Below, piece after piece: positions 1 through 10,449 of a stretch of DNA of 64,000 bases (position 1 is its first letter; every line of letters begins with the position of its first letter). The DNA lies in assembly GCA_025355565.1 (NCBI GenBank), contig JANXZK010000002.1:15238-79237 (forward strand). Direction: 5' to 3'. The notes under the pieces are model-generated. The model was not told the DNA's origin. It made no database searches and saw only the letters and a program-made list of their open reading frames with translations. The position numbers and the translations under genes are program-made. The stretch is from a bacterium (GTDB lineage: Bacteria; Patescibacteriota; Minisyncoccia; Phycocordibacterales; PALSA-1337).

Positions 1-1059
1 AACATTCAAGATTTCCCCCGTCTCGAACACATTCTTTACTTTACCATCCCTGTCGCTAAATTCAACCCTGACCACTTCAGCGACCTTATTCCTCCTTTCT
101 TCCACCTGTCTCCGGAGTTCCTCTTCCATTTTGTCTTTTTCTTTCTCTAGCCGACGTCTTTCTTCTTCAAGCGTCTTTCCCTTCAGAGCTTCCGCCGCCT
201 TTTGAGCCAAGGCCAAATCTTTTTCAGCCTTCATCCTCGCCCTTTTCTGTTCCCTCTCAATCCTCCTCTCCTCATCGCTCATATTCTGATAGACATACTC
301 ATTCCCTACCTCCTCGGCAGTGCCGACCAGAGCGACCACACCTTCGCGCAAAAGCATCGCGCGGTCACAATATCTCTGCACTGTAGCGATGTCATGCGTC
401 ACCAATATGACCGTCTTGCCCATCTCCTTGTACCGTGCGAACTCTCGTAGGCACTTGGACTGGAAATTACTATCCCCCACCGCCAATACCTCATCCATGA
501 GAAGGATCTCCCTATTGGCATGAATAGCGACGGAGAAGGCCAACCTGACCTGCATACCACTCGAATAGTTCTTGATCTTCTGGTCGATGAAGCGCTCCAG
601 CTCGGAGAAAGCCACGATGGAATCGAACTTTTCATCTATCTGCTTTTCAGTGAGACCGAGAACAGTCGCGTTCAGATAGATATTGTCACGTCCAGAAAGC
701 TCCGGATTGAAACCGATGCCGAGCTCTAGGAACGGCGAGACCAGGCCGCGTATATTGACCGAACCGCCATTCGCCGTATACACGCCAGCCAGGATCTTTA
801 GGAGCGTAGACTTGCCACTGCCGTTACGACCGAGGATGCCGAAGAACTCTCCCTTCTTCACTTCGAAAGAGACGTCTTTCAGGGCGAAAAACTTTTCATA
901 ACTCTTCTTCTTGAAGAGGTTCACGAAAGCTCCTTTCAGGCTATTGGTCCGCTCATGCGGTATGGTGAACTGCTTCGAGACATTCCTGACGGAGATGGCG
1001 GGAATGGCGGGGATGTGCCCCGTTGCAGTCGCTTTGGATTTGTGTACGTTATTGGTCAT
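1..1059 (-). CDS. wzt: Polysaccharide ABC exporter ATP-binding subunit (Wzt/TagH-like), runs off window edge
   Basis: Manually translated from ATG at 1059: Walker A GRNGSGKS, YSSGMQVRLAFS signature, LLMDEVLAVGD Walker B; absent from ORF track because it is open at the edge. Confidence 0.9.
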   Translation of the reverse strand, partial: MTNNVHKSKATATGHIPAIPAISVRNVSKQFTIPHERTNSLKGAFVNLFKKKSYEKFFALKDVSFEVKKGEFFGILGRNGSGKSTLLKILAGVYTANGGSVNIRGLVSPFLELGIGFNPELSGRDNIYLNATVLGLTEKQIDEKFDSIVAFSELERFIDQKIKNYSSGMQVRLAFSVAIHANREILLMDEVLAVGDSNFQSKCLREFARYKEMGKTVILVTHDIATVQRYCDRAMLLREGVVALVGTAEEVGNEYVYQNMSDEERRIEREQKRARMKAEKDLALAQKAAEALKGKTLEEERRRLEKEKDKMEEELRRQVEERRNKVAEVVRVEFSDRDGKVKNVFETGEILNV

Positions 1060-1063
1060 GGGT

Positions 1064-2074
1064 TTATTTAGCCTTCGTTTTCTTTATCTTCTTTCTCCCT
1101 TTTGCGCTTTCTATAGCTCTCTGCGCCGCTTCGTCAAAATCAACGTCCTGTTTCGCTTCGATCTGCTTGTACTCATCGAATTTCTTCTCCGCCATTTCCT
1201 TCATGAGTTCATGGGAGATTTTACCCGCATCTTTCAAGATATTCCTATCATTGATGGTCAAAAAACCATGTAACTTTTCTACCCAGTCCTTCATAGTCAT
1301 CGGTATTCGTTTCATGGCTTGTCCATCGGCGAACACTAGATATTGTTCAACTAGATTATCTAACTGCAACAGCTCCTGTTCAGTTAGATAATTTTTTGCG
1401 ATAACAACCTCCTCCTTCGTCGGCTTCGCCCCTCTAAAATTGGTGAGCCCCAGATACTTCTTACGGCTATCTACCCTCCCAACTACTATCTCTGCTGTTG
1501 TTTTTCCAGTGATCGCGAAATGCACTTTGTTCTGAACTGTTTTAAAGAACGAAATGCTCTCTTCGTTTGTCGGGTCATAATCGACACTGGTCGCGTATAT
1601 ATCAGTGATCTTACGATAGAATCGCTTCTCTGATGTGCGGATATCAGCTATACGTCGAGTCAATTCCTCGAAATAGTCAAACGGTAAGTCAGGATTCTTC
1701 AGACGTTCATCATCAAGTATGAATCCTTTCACTATATATTCCGATAATCTTTCCGTGGCCCATTTACGGAAAGCGGTGCCTTGTGAGGATTTTACCCTAT
1801 ATCCGACGGCAATAATGAGGTCCAAATTGAAATAATGTGTAGGTTTTTCCAGAAAATCGGAATTTCCGATTTTCTGCATAGTCTCACGTTCCACAAGTTC
1901 ACCCTCTTTGTATATATTCAAAATATGTTCGTTGATAGTCGACCTAGCCTTGCCAAATAACTGTGCCAGGAGATCCAACGTCAACCACACAGTATCACCG
2001 TCAAACCGCACATCTATCTTGACGTGACCCTGCGAATCTCTATATATGACGATCTGTGAATTGAGATTTTTCAT
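1064..2074 (-). CDS. Virulence RhuM-family protein
   Basis: TVWLT..LAQLF, FNLDLIIAVGYRVKS..GTAFRKWAT, IRTSEKRFY motifs; start reassigned to ATG 2074 (MKNLNSQIVIY). Confidence 0.85.
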   Translation of the reverse strand: MKNLNSQIVIYRDSQGHVKIDVRFDGDTVWLTLDLLAQLFGKARSTINEHILNIYKEGELVERETMQKIGNSDFLEKPTHYFNLDLIIAVGYRVKSSQGTAFRKWATERLSEYIVKGFILDDERLKNPDLPFDYFEELTRRIADIRTSEKRFYRKITDIYATSVDYDPTNEESISFFKTVQNKVHFAITGKTTAEIVVGRVDSRKKYLGLTNFRGAKPTKEEVVIAKNYLTEQELLQLDNLVEQYLVFADGQAMKRIPMTMKDWVEKLHGFLTINDRNILKDAGKISHELMKEMAEKKFDEYKQIEAKQDVDFDEAAQRAIESAKGRKKIKKTKAK

Positions 2075-2123
2075 TATTCTTTCATCTATATCATTTCCGC
2101 CACCGTCTGTTTCCTGCCCCGGT

Positions 2124-3248
2124 TTACACTGATAATAGATCCTTCGGCGTAACGATGCTAGCTTTCGCATGCGGATACAGTTCTTCAAATTGTGAAAAAG
2201 ATACATCCTTACCGCCGCTCCATTTGCATTCATAGGCGGAGATAGTGGTACCTTTTTTTTCGATCACATCGATCTCATGTCCTTTTCTAGTCCTCCAAAA
2301 CATTATTTCCGGAGGAAAAATAGACAGATTTGTTCCCTCTTTTATCTTCTCACTCACGAAATAATTTTCAAATATGGAGCCAGTATCTTTGCGGTCAATT
2401 AGCGGAGTCTCTATATCGACCAATGCATTCCTGACTCCGACATCCAGAAAGAATATCTTAAAAGCTTTCTTCAGCTCTGTTCTTGGATCATTGGAAAACG
2501 AACGTACTATCCTCACGATGAATGACTGCTCCAGCAATCGTATATATCTCTGTACGACAGATCTACTCACACCTAATTGTGTCGCCAATTCGTTGAGCGA
2601 CACCAACTGGCCGACTTGCAAGGCAAGCAGTTTGAGAAGATCCTCGAATGCACGAGGGTTTCGTATCGCCTCGAATATGAAAACGTCCTTATACAGATAC
2701 TGTGTGGCGATATTTTTTAGCACGATCTTCTTTTCTTCAATAGTGGATGCAGCGACAACAGCTGGATATGCGCCATATAGGATAAGTTCGTGAAGTCCTT
2801 TCATATCCACGCTTCTAGACACCTTTATTTCATCCAACGAAAGCGGTAGTAACGTGAACTCAAAGACTCTCCCCGTCATTGGTTCCTTTATCTTGTTTGA
2901 TAGATCAAATGACGAAGACCCCGTAGCCACTATCTGAACACCAGGATATGTATCATGAAATGCCTTAAGAATAGCTCCGATATCTTGGATAGTTTGTGCC
3001 TCGTCGAACACGACGATCTTTCTTCCCTCAACAAGCGGCAGTAATTCGTCTGGTTTCCCCACCACGAAATGTTTCCTGACATCCGCTAACTGGCAATCAC
3101 AATAGGCCCCATCCTTCCCAAACACTCCGACTATCTTCTTGACGAGGGTTGTCTTTCCAGATTGCCGAGGGCCCAAAATGGCCAACATCCTCCCTTTAAA
3201 CAAAGATTCGTTGATCAATCCCTCAATTTGGCGTTTGAATATAAGCAT
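2124..3248 (-). CDS. AAA_14 ATPase with DUF4143 domain
   Basis: GPRQSGKT, FDEAQ, TGSSS, MTGR, KIFFLDVG, FWRT..GHEID; start at ATG 3248. Confidence 0.85.
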   Translation of the reverse strand: MLIFKRQIEGLINESLFKGRMLAILGPRQSGKTTLVKKIVGVFGKDGAYCDCQLADVRKHFVVGKPDELLPLVEGRKIVVFDEAQTIQDIGAILKAFHDTYPGVQIVATGSSSFDLSNKIKEPMTGRVFEFTLLPLSLDEIKVSRSVDMKGLHELILYGAYPAVVAASTIEEKKIVLKNIATQYLYKDVFIFEAIRNPRAFEDLLKLLALQVGQLVSLNELATQLGVSRSVVQRYIRLLEQSFIVRIVRSFSNDPRTELKKAFKIFFLDVGVRNALVDIETPLIDRKDTGSIFENYFVSEKIKEGTNLSIFPPEIMFWRTRKGHEIDVIEKKGTTISAYECKWSGGKDVSFSQFEELYPHAKASIVTPKDLLSV

Positions 3249-3257
3249 ATTATGACT

Positions 3258-3291
3258 ATTGTAACAAATTGCTCTTTGAAGAGCAATTTGT
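3258..3291 (-). promoter_or_regulatory. Sigma70-like promoter overlapped by a 13-bp palindromic operator
   Basis: TTGCTC-17bp-TACAAT on the minus strand; ACAAATTGCTCTT-tg-AAGAGCAATTTGT at 3264-3291. Confidence 0.6.
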
Positions 3292-3367
3292 ATACTCACC
3301 TTATTTTGGAGCTTTTTGATGCAAATTGTAACTGGACATTAGGTTTAAACTAAGTTCCACAAGGAGC

Positions 3368-4594
3368 TTATAGCTCCCACGGGTATACAGTCATTGTTCT
3401 GTCTTTATTTTCTCCATATAGAGCCACTGTCTTGTAATCACCCGATGCATATTCCCTGGAAAAATACTTCATAGCCGAGGTATCTACGTTAGAAAAATTA
3501 AGTTTCGTTTCTATAGGCAACGGGATATTCTTTTCCTTTAGGATGAAATCTATCTCTCTTTTATCGGTTGTTCTCCAGAAATAAACTTTACTAATTCCGT
3601 GCTTTTTGATCAATTCCGAAAATATGCTTGTCTCGAAAATGTTTCCCAATGTCTCTTTTGGAAATTCCTTTAACCATAATATGCTCATAAGCCCTGTATC
3701 AAAGAAAAAAATCTTGGGTGTCTTGAAGAGCTCCTTCCTCTTGTTCTCGCTGTAGGGTCTAACAAGTTTGATGATGTATGTTTCCTCCAAAAGGAAAAGG
3801 TATTTTTCCACGGTTATCTTTGATAAGTTTACCGTGTTCGCCAATTCTGTCACATTGAGAAGCTGCCCGCTCTGCGACGCTAATACTTCTAACAATCGAT
3901 TGAACTTATCGATTTCTTTTATCTCCGCCAGATCCCTGATATCCTTCTTTATATATGTATCGATGATCTGATTCAGATAAGCGCTTTTCTTCTCTGTATC
4001 AGGGGTTAATACTATTTTCGGATAACCGCCATACCTGACATACTCTTCATAATGAGAAATGAGCTCCGATATCTTTTTTGAGGTATGTATTTCGCCCCAG
4101 TCCACAAAAAAATCTTTGAACAATAACAACTCATCGAACGACAGATTAAATATATCGAAATTCACAGTTCTGCCAACCAAAGAATCCTTGAATTTGCTTT
4201 TGATATTGAAACTAGACGAACCGGACACGATCAGTTTGATTTCTTTGTGATGATCGGCAATGATCTTGAGAAATGACGAAGGGTTCTCAAGGTATTGGAT
4301 CTCATCTATGAATACGAACAGTTTTTTTGGTGAGATCGCTAATCCCTCCTCCTTTAGATATGACAAGAACGACTCAACACCGTCATCCAAAATTTCCTTA
4401 AGCCGACTATCTTCGAGATCGATAAAGTGTGCTGATTCCCCTTTTTCTTGAACGATTTTCGCTAAATAATACAGAATATGAGTCTTACCGACTTGTCTCG
4501 CGCCATGAAGTACGATGATATCATCAGTAAACAAATACGGCGCTATTTTATCGATTATGATTCTTTTATACAATATTTCTGGGATTTTGATCAT
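3368..4594 (-). CDS. AAA_14 ATPase with DUF4143 domain
   Basis: GARQVGKT, FIDEIQ, SGSSS, LVGR, GGYP, KIFFFDTG, FWRT...EIDF. Confidence 0.88.
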   Translation of the reverse strand: MIKIPEILYKRIIIDKIAPYLFTDDIIVLHGARQVGKTHILYYLAKIVQEKGESAHFIDLEDSRLKEILDDGVESFLSYLKEEGLAISPKKLFVFIDEIQYLENPSSFLKIIADHHKEIKLIVSGSSSFNIKSKFKDSLVGRTVNFDIFNLSFDELLLFKDFFVDWGEIHTSKKISELISHYEEYVRYGGYPKIVLTPDTEKKSAYLNQIIDTYIKKDIRDLAEIKEIDKFNRLLEVLASQSGQLLNVTELANTVNLSKITVEKYLFLLEETYIIKLVRPYSENKRKELFKTPKIFFFDTGLMSILWLKEFPKETLGNIFETSIFSELIKKHGISKVYFWRTTDKREIDFILKEKNIPLPIETKLNFSNVDTSAMKYFSREYASGDYKTVALYGENKDRTMTVYPWEL

Positions 4595-4623
4595 ATGAAA
4601 ATATGGCTTATCATATAACGCAG

Positions 4624-4669
4624 TATACTTTAAAACCGATTTAAAGTAAAGTACACTATACTTTAAATC
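4624..4669. repeat. Three TACTTTAAA boxes (direct and inverted), candidate operator
   Basis: TATACTTTAAA at 4624 and 4657; GATTTAAAGTA at 4638 is the reverse complement of 4659-4669. Confidence 0.5.
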
Positions 4670-4670
4670 C

Positions 4671-5450
4671 TTATATCATCTCCGCCACGGTCTTCTCATA
4701 TTTCCTGAATATGAAGAAAGCGATGATTCCTGCGACCACGATACCTGCGACCATGGCCATGAAATGCCAGAAAGTGGTGAAGTTGCCATTGATGATCCCC
4801 TGCTTGGCATAATGGATGATGAAAGCCAATGGATTCAGCAAGATGAACTGCCAGTATTTTGTGGGGATGATAGAGAGTGGATATATGATAGGTGAAGCAT
4901 ACATGAGAACGGACAAGACCACCTCCCAGACCATCGATAGGTCACGGAAACGAACATAGAATGGTGCTGTGAGGAATGAAAAAGCCACGGCTAAGATATA
5001 CAGCAATATGGCGTACACGATGAACATGGCGATGCCTGCGATCGAAGGGATCTTGTTATATAGAATGAAGAAAAGCGCCAGGACGATCAGATTCATGCCA
5101 AAGACGAACAGAGCGTTCATGGTCGAGCCTAACACGATGGTCCATCTCGGCACATATATCTTCGTGACCAATTGCGATTTATTAACCAGAGACATGAGTC
5201 CTGTCATCGTCGCTTCAGAAAAGAATTGGAACAGAAGTATGGCCGTCAAGAGTTCCAATGGATAGAGCGGCGTCCCAGAATTCCTGAAATTGAAGAGCGA
5301 TGAGAAGACGAAGTTCAATATCGTGAACATGAGGAGCGGTTTCAAGATCACCCACACATAGCCCAAAACACTGCCATGGTAGCGTAGCTTGAAGTCCGTC
5401 TTCGCTATACGCATCACTAGTTCTCTGTGGTTTTCGTGGGTGGGGGGCAT
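4671..5450 (-). CDS. wzm: Polysaccharide ABC exporter permease (Wzm/TagG-like)
   Basis: DFKLRYHGSVLGYVW..LKPL, KIYVPR, FRDL, SPIIYP, LNPL; about six hydrophobic segments. Confidence 0.9.
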   Translation of the reverse strand: MPPTHENHRELVMRIAKTDFKLRYHGSVLGYVWVILKPLLMFTILNFVFSSLFNFRNSGTPLYPLELLTAILLFQFFSEATMTGLMSLVNKSQLVTKIYVPRWTIVLGSTMNALFVFGMNLIVLALFFILYNKIPSIAGIAMFIVYAILLYILAVAFSFLTAPFYVRFRDLSMVWEVVLSVLMYASPIIYPLSIIPTKYWQFILLNPLAFIIHYAKQGIINGNFTTFWHFMAMVAGIVVAGIIAFFIFRKYEKTVAEMI

Positions 5451-5538
5451 GGGATGACTTATATATGTTACGCTCGGTTGGAATCATACTACATTAAAAA
5501 CCGCACAGTTCCAACTTGGAAAAATCACACCAACAACA

Positions 5539-7716
5539 CTATGGTTGAACTTCCTTTATTGCCGCTTCGATCTCGTCCCTCGCCTGCGGATAGAAACTCT
5601 CTATTGAGCGCAGAATCGCCACCGCTTGATCAACATTTCCGGCTGCATATTGTGCTCGAGCCTTCTGGATCAGAGAACTTATACTTTCTGCTTGAGCTAT
5701 AAGCCTCTGATATACCTGAGTCGCCTCCGCCAATCGACCAGACGATGCGTAGCCTTTCGCTTCACTGACGAGAGCAGTGTCTGCCCCAAGAACTCGCATA
5801 CCCTCATCGCCTCGACCATCAATAACGAGCGCCACGGCATACGCAGATGCCGCCTTGGCATATCCTGGAGCCAATTCGTAGGCATGTTTTAGTACTGCCA
5901 CAGCCTGATCCATCTTATTCTCAAACATATAGACTGAGGCCAGTTCAAAAGCTATAATTTGTTCATTTGGAGCCAAAGATAATCCTTTAGTTAGCGAGGT
6001 CTCTGCCTCAAGAAGCTTGCCTATCCGTTTTAAGAAAGGACCGCTTACGTAGTAAACGTAAGCATCATTAGGAGTAGCGGCTATCTGTTCAACTATCCGT
6101 TGCAAAATCAGATCTATAAAAGATTGCTTGACCGCGCCACTGGCCGAAGGATTCTGCATGACATTATCAGCGCAAGATATCATCTCATAGAGGATATACT
6201 TGCTCGACATGGTGTTACCAAAAAATGTGGCCATCTTGAATAGATCCAGACTATTATCCGGCTTGGAACACGAGTAGCTGGCCTTACTAAGATACACATT
6301 GGAGAGCAAAGGTCTTATATTCAGATAATAGACCGTAAATATTGCAGTAACGATTATAACGGGTGCGATGACGTATTTCGTTGCATCTATAGAGACAGAT
6401 ACCTTCTGAGATTCCCTCACTTCAGCGCAACCATCTCGACTACCATGCAAGGAATCGACCAGAGCAAGTACTGTAAAGAAGAATACGTAGCTAGCCAATG
6501 TATCAAAAACAAAAAAGTTGTGGACGAAATATCCCAACAACAAACCTATCATAGTGCATTTCGTCCTATGAGCGATCGATGACTTGCATATCGTGATCAA
6601 AAGCGAAATGAAGATGGCTAGATATGCCAAAAACCCGGCGAAGCCGAAAGCAACAAGCTGATCGATCACTACATTATGTGCCATATCAACCCACTGCTCA
6701 ACGTTGTACATGGCCGGATTGTAATTCTTCTGAAAGGAATAGATAAAATTTCCCTGTCCCCAGCCCAAGATAGGCCTTTCCATGATTCCATTCATGCCTA
6801 TCGGCCAAATATATTGTCTGGATTGGTCACTTGCCGTCCAAGATATAGACGCAAATCTCTTCAGCGTAGAGTTACCCTGAACAGCTGAACTCGTACGATT
6901 CAACCAAAAAAACACACCGATAATGATCACGAGGGCTATGGCACAACCATACATGATGCGCAATCTCTTTCTAGACTTGGACCCCAAAACAGAGTAAACT
7001 GCAAGTGCGAGCATGGTCCCGAGAATCAGTCCCAGAAACGTACCCCTTGTGCCCGTCTCGAAGATGTCGTAGGTGAACAACAATGCCAGAACAACGTATG
7101 TGGAGAGCAGCGCCTTCGAACAATCACCTTGCTCCAATGTATCAATAAACAGATACACAGTGAAAAATACATTGAATAACAGATATGCTGCCAGGAAAGT
7201 TGGATTACCAAGGAATGAGTCAATGCGAATGGTATCGAAATGCATCGCCGTCCACCCAAAACTCTGGAACAATCCGTACACAGCGACGATAAGTGCAACC
7301 ACCAAAGACAGGTTGACCCATCTGCGCCACAGTCTCTTTGTATCGCCGACAGCGAACATACTTTTGATCACCAAATAAAATGCAAAAAGATGGGAGATCG
7401 TTATCCAGCCGTCCATTCGGTCAAAATTCGACCATAAACTTTGTAGAGGATCGATACCGACTAGATCACAGATGAAAGACACAGCTACAAATACTGCTAC
7501 AACGATAGTAAGTGGCGTAAATCTCGGACGATATCTCGTGTCTAGTATAGCCAAGATTGCCCAAGTAGCTACTGCAATTTCGACTAATACCCTAAAGTAA
7601 AACGCCTGCCCCGTCACATACGGGACAACCATTGACGATATCACCACGACTGGAAAGATGGGTACCAAAAATATGGCAGCCATCGTCACATATTTTGAGG
7701 TTCGCTTGATATCCAT
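5539..7716 (-). CDS. O-antigen ligase (Wzy_C)-family membrane protein with C-terminal TPR-like repeats
   Basis: Many TM segments, LGNPTFLAAYL, TGTRG, RPILGWG..NF, DMAHN motifs; helical repeat C-terminus. Confidence 0.8.
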   Translation of the reverse strand: MDIKRTSKYVTMAAIFLVPIFPVVVISSMVVPYVTGQAFYFRVLVEIAVATWAILAILDTRYRPRFTPLTIVVAVFVAVSFICDLVGIDPLQSLWSNFDRMDGWITISHLFAFYLVIKSMFAVGDTKRLWRRWVNLSLVVALIVAVYGLFQSFGWTAMHFDTIRIDSFLGNPTFLAAYLLFNVFFTVYLFIDTLEQGDCSKALLSTYVVLALLFTYDIFETGTRGTFLGLILGTMLALAVYSVLGSKSRKRLRIMYGCAIALVIIIGVFFWLNRTSSAVQGNSTLKRFASISWTASDQSRQYIWPIGMNGIMERPILGWGQGNFIYSFQKNYNPAMYNVEQWVDMAHNVVIDQLVAFGFAGFLAYLAIFISLLITICKSSIAHRTKCTMIGLLLGYFVHNFFVFDTLASYVFFFTVLALVDSLHGSRDGCAEVRESQKVSVSIDATKYVIAPVIIVTAIFTVYYLNIRPLLSNVYLSKASYSCSKPDNSLDLFKMATFFGNTMSSKYILYEMISCADNVMQNPSASGAVKQSFIDLILQRIVEQIAATPNDAYVYYVSGPFLKRIGKLLEAETSLTKGLSLAPNEQIIAFELASVYMFENKMDQAVAVLKHAYELAPGYAKAASAYAVALVIDGRGDEGMRVLGADTALVSEAKGYASSGRLAEATQVYQRLIAQAESISSLIQKARAQYAAGNVDQAVAILRSIESFYPQARDEIEAAIKEVQP

Positions 7717-7758
7717 ATAATTATGTCTGTTCAGGATTTAAACCCACTGTAACATGTT

Positions 7759-9303
7759 CTACTTCCCTTTATTTAATTGTTCTCGTGTTGCGGGACCTAC
7801 TACACCAATCACACTTAAGCCGAATTTCTTTTGATACGCCTGAACTGCCGCCTTTGTCTGTGTTCCAAAATATCCTGTGATAACACCGGTAAATAAGCCA
7901 TCGCTCTTTAAACGTTCCTGGAGCAACCTAACCTCGGGGTCTAACACACCATATGCTGTCATACCGGAATACAGATAACGAGTGAACGTCTCGGAGACTG
8001 GCGCAGATTGGACATAAGCTGGCTGAATAGTCGTTTGAGCTAAACTTGCACCAGACGGAGTTTTCGATGAATTTCCGACCCATAGATAGCTTTGACCTAC
8101 TAGACCCCTAGCGTTTGTGAAAGAAATGACCAATGGCAAAGGTGGGATATCTTTGCCAGTAGATCTATAAGAGGCATAATACAGTCCATCGCTTCCCTGA
8201 CTCACTGCTGTCTGAACCCCACCGATTCTGACTTGCACATTTGTTACAGTTTCATTCGTTCCAAAATTGATACTAATGGTGCTCCCGGCGCCAAAGAATA
8301 AGCCTAGAACGTTGTTCGAGGAGATCGATACCGAAGAAAGTTGAGGTGGCTGATTGAACCCCGAAGTCACGGGAGCCAGAACTGTAGGCTGAGTCGGTAT
8401 AGCACTACCAGGAGCTAGAGAATGAACCACTATAGAGCCACAAAGATACCCTGCGGCACATACTGATACCGTTGACTGCCCCACAATGAGACCTTTTAAC
8501 ACTAGACTCGTACCACTAACGCTTGCCGATACTGCATCTTTATTTGTGTTCGTTATACTATCATAAAAACCTGGTCCATATATGCCAATATTCTGTGCAG
8601 GTTGTCCGGCGACGACATACGCAACAACTTGACTGAAAGTAATAGATTGGGTTGGTGCCCGAACCGATACATTAACCGTGCCACAACCGGCAGTCCCAGC
8701 ACAGACCGAAATGACTGACGACCCGACATTCAGACCAGTGACCAGCATCGAATTGTTATTTGCCTGAATAGTAGCCGATACTACTGATGGATTAGAATTC
8801 CCTTGTACCAACAACGTATTCACTGTATTATCTGCAAAAATATTTGCGCCCTGCCCTATTGTCAACGAAACATTGTTTTTAGATAGAGCTAATAATCCGT
8901 TTTGACCAGATATACTCCAAGTAGCCGGCCAAGTTACCTTCGTAGAGTCAGTCCCGTTTACTGATACGTATACAGACATTCCGCCACTCAATCCATAAGA
9001 ATTTGGAGCAACAGAAATGGTAAATGCGCCGTTAGAATCTGTGCTACCGATATCTATCGAGGTATAGTGAGTATCTACCGTAGTATTATTGGCGGAATAA
9101 TTTGGATAACTGAATTTCACAATTGCATTATGCTCTGCACCTATAACGCGTAGATTGACCAAAGAAGCGGTGCTAGTTAGAGTCAGTGACGGGGTAACCG
9201 AAGCCGACACTCGGTTATACGATGTTAACGGCATTATCATCAATACAGTTGTCATAAGAGTAATATTTGTAAAATATCTAAAGATATATTTGTTTGTTGC
9301 CAT
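7759..9303 (-). CDS. Secreted Ser/Thr-rich beta-domain protein with C-terminal peptidoglycan-binding domain
   Basis: Signal-like N-terminus; two SVCAx.xxCG repeats; VRLLQERL...TGYFGTQTKAAVQAYQ...GVVGPATR. Confidence 0.75.
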   Translation of the reverse strand: MATNKYIFRYFTNITLMTTVLMIMPLTSYNRVSASVTPSLTLTSTASLVNLRVIGAEHNAIVKFSYPNYSANNTTVDTHYTSIDIGSTDSNGAFTISVAPNSYGLSGGMSVYVSVNGTDSTKVTWPATWSISGQNGLLALSKNNVSLTIGQGANIFADNTVNTLLVQGNSNPSVVSATIQANNNSMLVTGLNVGSSVISVCAGTAGCGTVNVSVRAPTQSITFSQVVAYVVAGQPAQNIGIYGPGFYDSITNTNKDAVSASVSGTSLVLKGLIVGQSTVSVCAAGYLCGSIVVHSLAPGSAIPTQPTVLAPVTSGFNQPPQLSSVSISSNNVLGLFFGAGSTISINFGTNETVTNVQVRIGGVQTAVSQGSDGLYYASYRSTGKDIPPLPLVISFTNARGLVGQSYLWVGNSSKTPSGASLAQTTIQPAYVQSAPVSETFTRYLYSGMTAYGVLDPEVRLLQERLKSDGLFTGVITGYFGTQTKAAVQAYQKKFGLSVIGVVGPATREQLNKGK

Positions 9304-9316
9304 AATCTTGACTTAT

Positions 9317-10345
9317 TTAATTAGTAGCAGACACGATAAAGGTAACTGGGACTGTGGTTGAATTGTAGTTGTCATTTCCTATAAGTAATGTATGCTGTCC
9401 TGCAGGTACAGTAGTCGGGATAGTGAACACCAAAACTGTTCCGTCTGGAGACACATATCTTTTCGTTGCTCGAAGATTTGAATAATTTGTATCAAAATAT
9501 ATGGATGACGACATAGTAAATCCTGAACCAAATAGCACGATCGATGTAGCATCATCCGCATAAGCTGAAGATGGTATGACCGAGGTTGCAGCCAGTTGTG
9601 AAGCGACGATCGTAAACCATCCACTCATCTGGTCGCTCGAAACTGAACTACCGCCTGCGCTCTGTAATCTTATGCGATACGTACCCGCTACGACATTTTG
9701 ATATGCATCGGGCTGAGATAGATAAACCCTACCGACTTTCCACAAATATTGATCATCGCCTATACTAGTAGACTGGTTCAGTACAATGAAGCCCGCTCCC
9801 GATCCTCCTGGTTGCTCCAAACTCAGATTGTATGTACCCAACATAGGTTTGCTCCATCGGATAACCGTGGAACTTCCCACGGAAAGAACCTGTCCGACAG
9901 ATGGCGATATTATAGATCCGTTAGCAGTTGTAAATACAGGACTTGTAGTTACGGCTAGTGTTTGTGTTACAGGGTTGGTTACTGTTGAAGAGTTGCTGAC
10001 ATCAATGGAACACGTCTTCTGTTTGATCGCCGTTCGGGTAAGTGGTCCAACATAACCTGAGGCGGGAATATTATTATTGCCCTGAAATAACTTCACCGCC
10101 GCAGTTGTCGCTGGTCCGAAATATCCCGTTGAAGCAGTTTTGAAATATCCTGATGACTTCAGGTAATGTTGAAGTTCAGACACGAAACCTTGTGATCCAG
10201 CATCACTAGATCCGGAACCTATGTCATGTGACAGATTTATACAAGTCATATCTGCTCTTGCGGTAAGCCCCGATAAGAACAAAACGCAAATAGACGTCAC
10301 CAAAACAATGGAGAAAGATGTCCAATTAAATATATTCTTATTCAT
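9317..10345 (-). CDS. Secreted protein with N-terminal peptidoglycan-binding domain and C-terminal IPT/TIG-like domain
   Basis: VSELQHYL...TGYFGPATTAAVKLFQ...GYVGPLTR; IVLFGSGF...DGTVLVFTIP. Confidence 0.75.
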   Translation of the reverse strand: MNKNIFNWTSFSIVLVTSICVLFLSGLTARADMTCINLSHDIGSGSSDAGSQGFVSELQHYLKSSGYFKTASTGYFGPATTAAVKLFQGNNNIPASGYVGPLTRTAIKQKTCSIDVSNSSTVTNPVTQTLAVTTSPVFTTANGSIISPSVGQVLSVGSSTVIRWSKPMLGTYNLSLEQPGGSGAGFIVLNQSTSIGDDQYLWKVGRVYLSQPDAYQNVVAGTYRIRLQSAGGSSVSSDQMSGWFTIVASQLAATSVIPSSAYADDATSIVLFGSGFTMSSSIYFDTNYSNLRATKRYVSPDGTVLVFTIPTTVPAGQHTLLIGNDNYNSTTVPVTFIVSATN

Positions 10346-10373
10346 CTCTCAATAATACCACATTTTCATGTAC

Positions 10374-10403
10374 ACAAAAACCACTCTTTCGAGTGGTTTT
10401 TGT
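10374..10403 (-). terminator. Intrinsic terminator after the 617-aa surface protein gene
   Basis: ACAAAAACCACTC-tttc-GAGTGGTTTTTGT perfect hairpin with A/T tails. Confidence 0.8.
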
Positions 10404-10449
10404 TCCAACTTTGTAACCCGTTGGGAGGAGTAGAACTTAACTTAGACTA

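Noticed and set aside
2075-2233. N-terminal extension of RhuM
   Set aside because: Overlaps the upstream ATPase gene; family similarity begins at ATG 2074.
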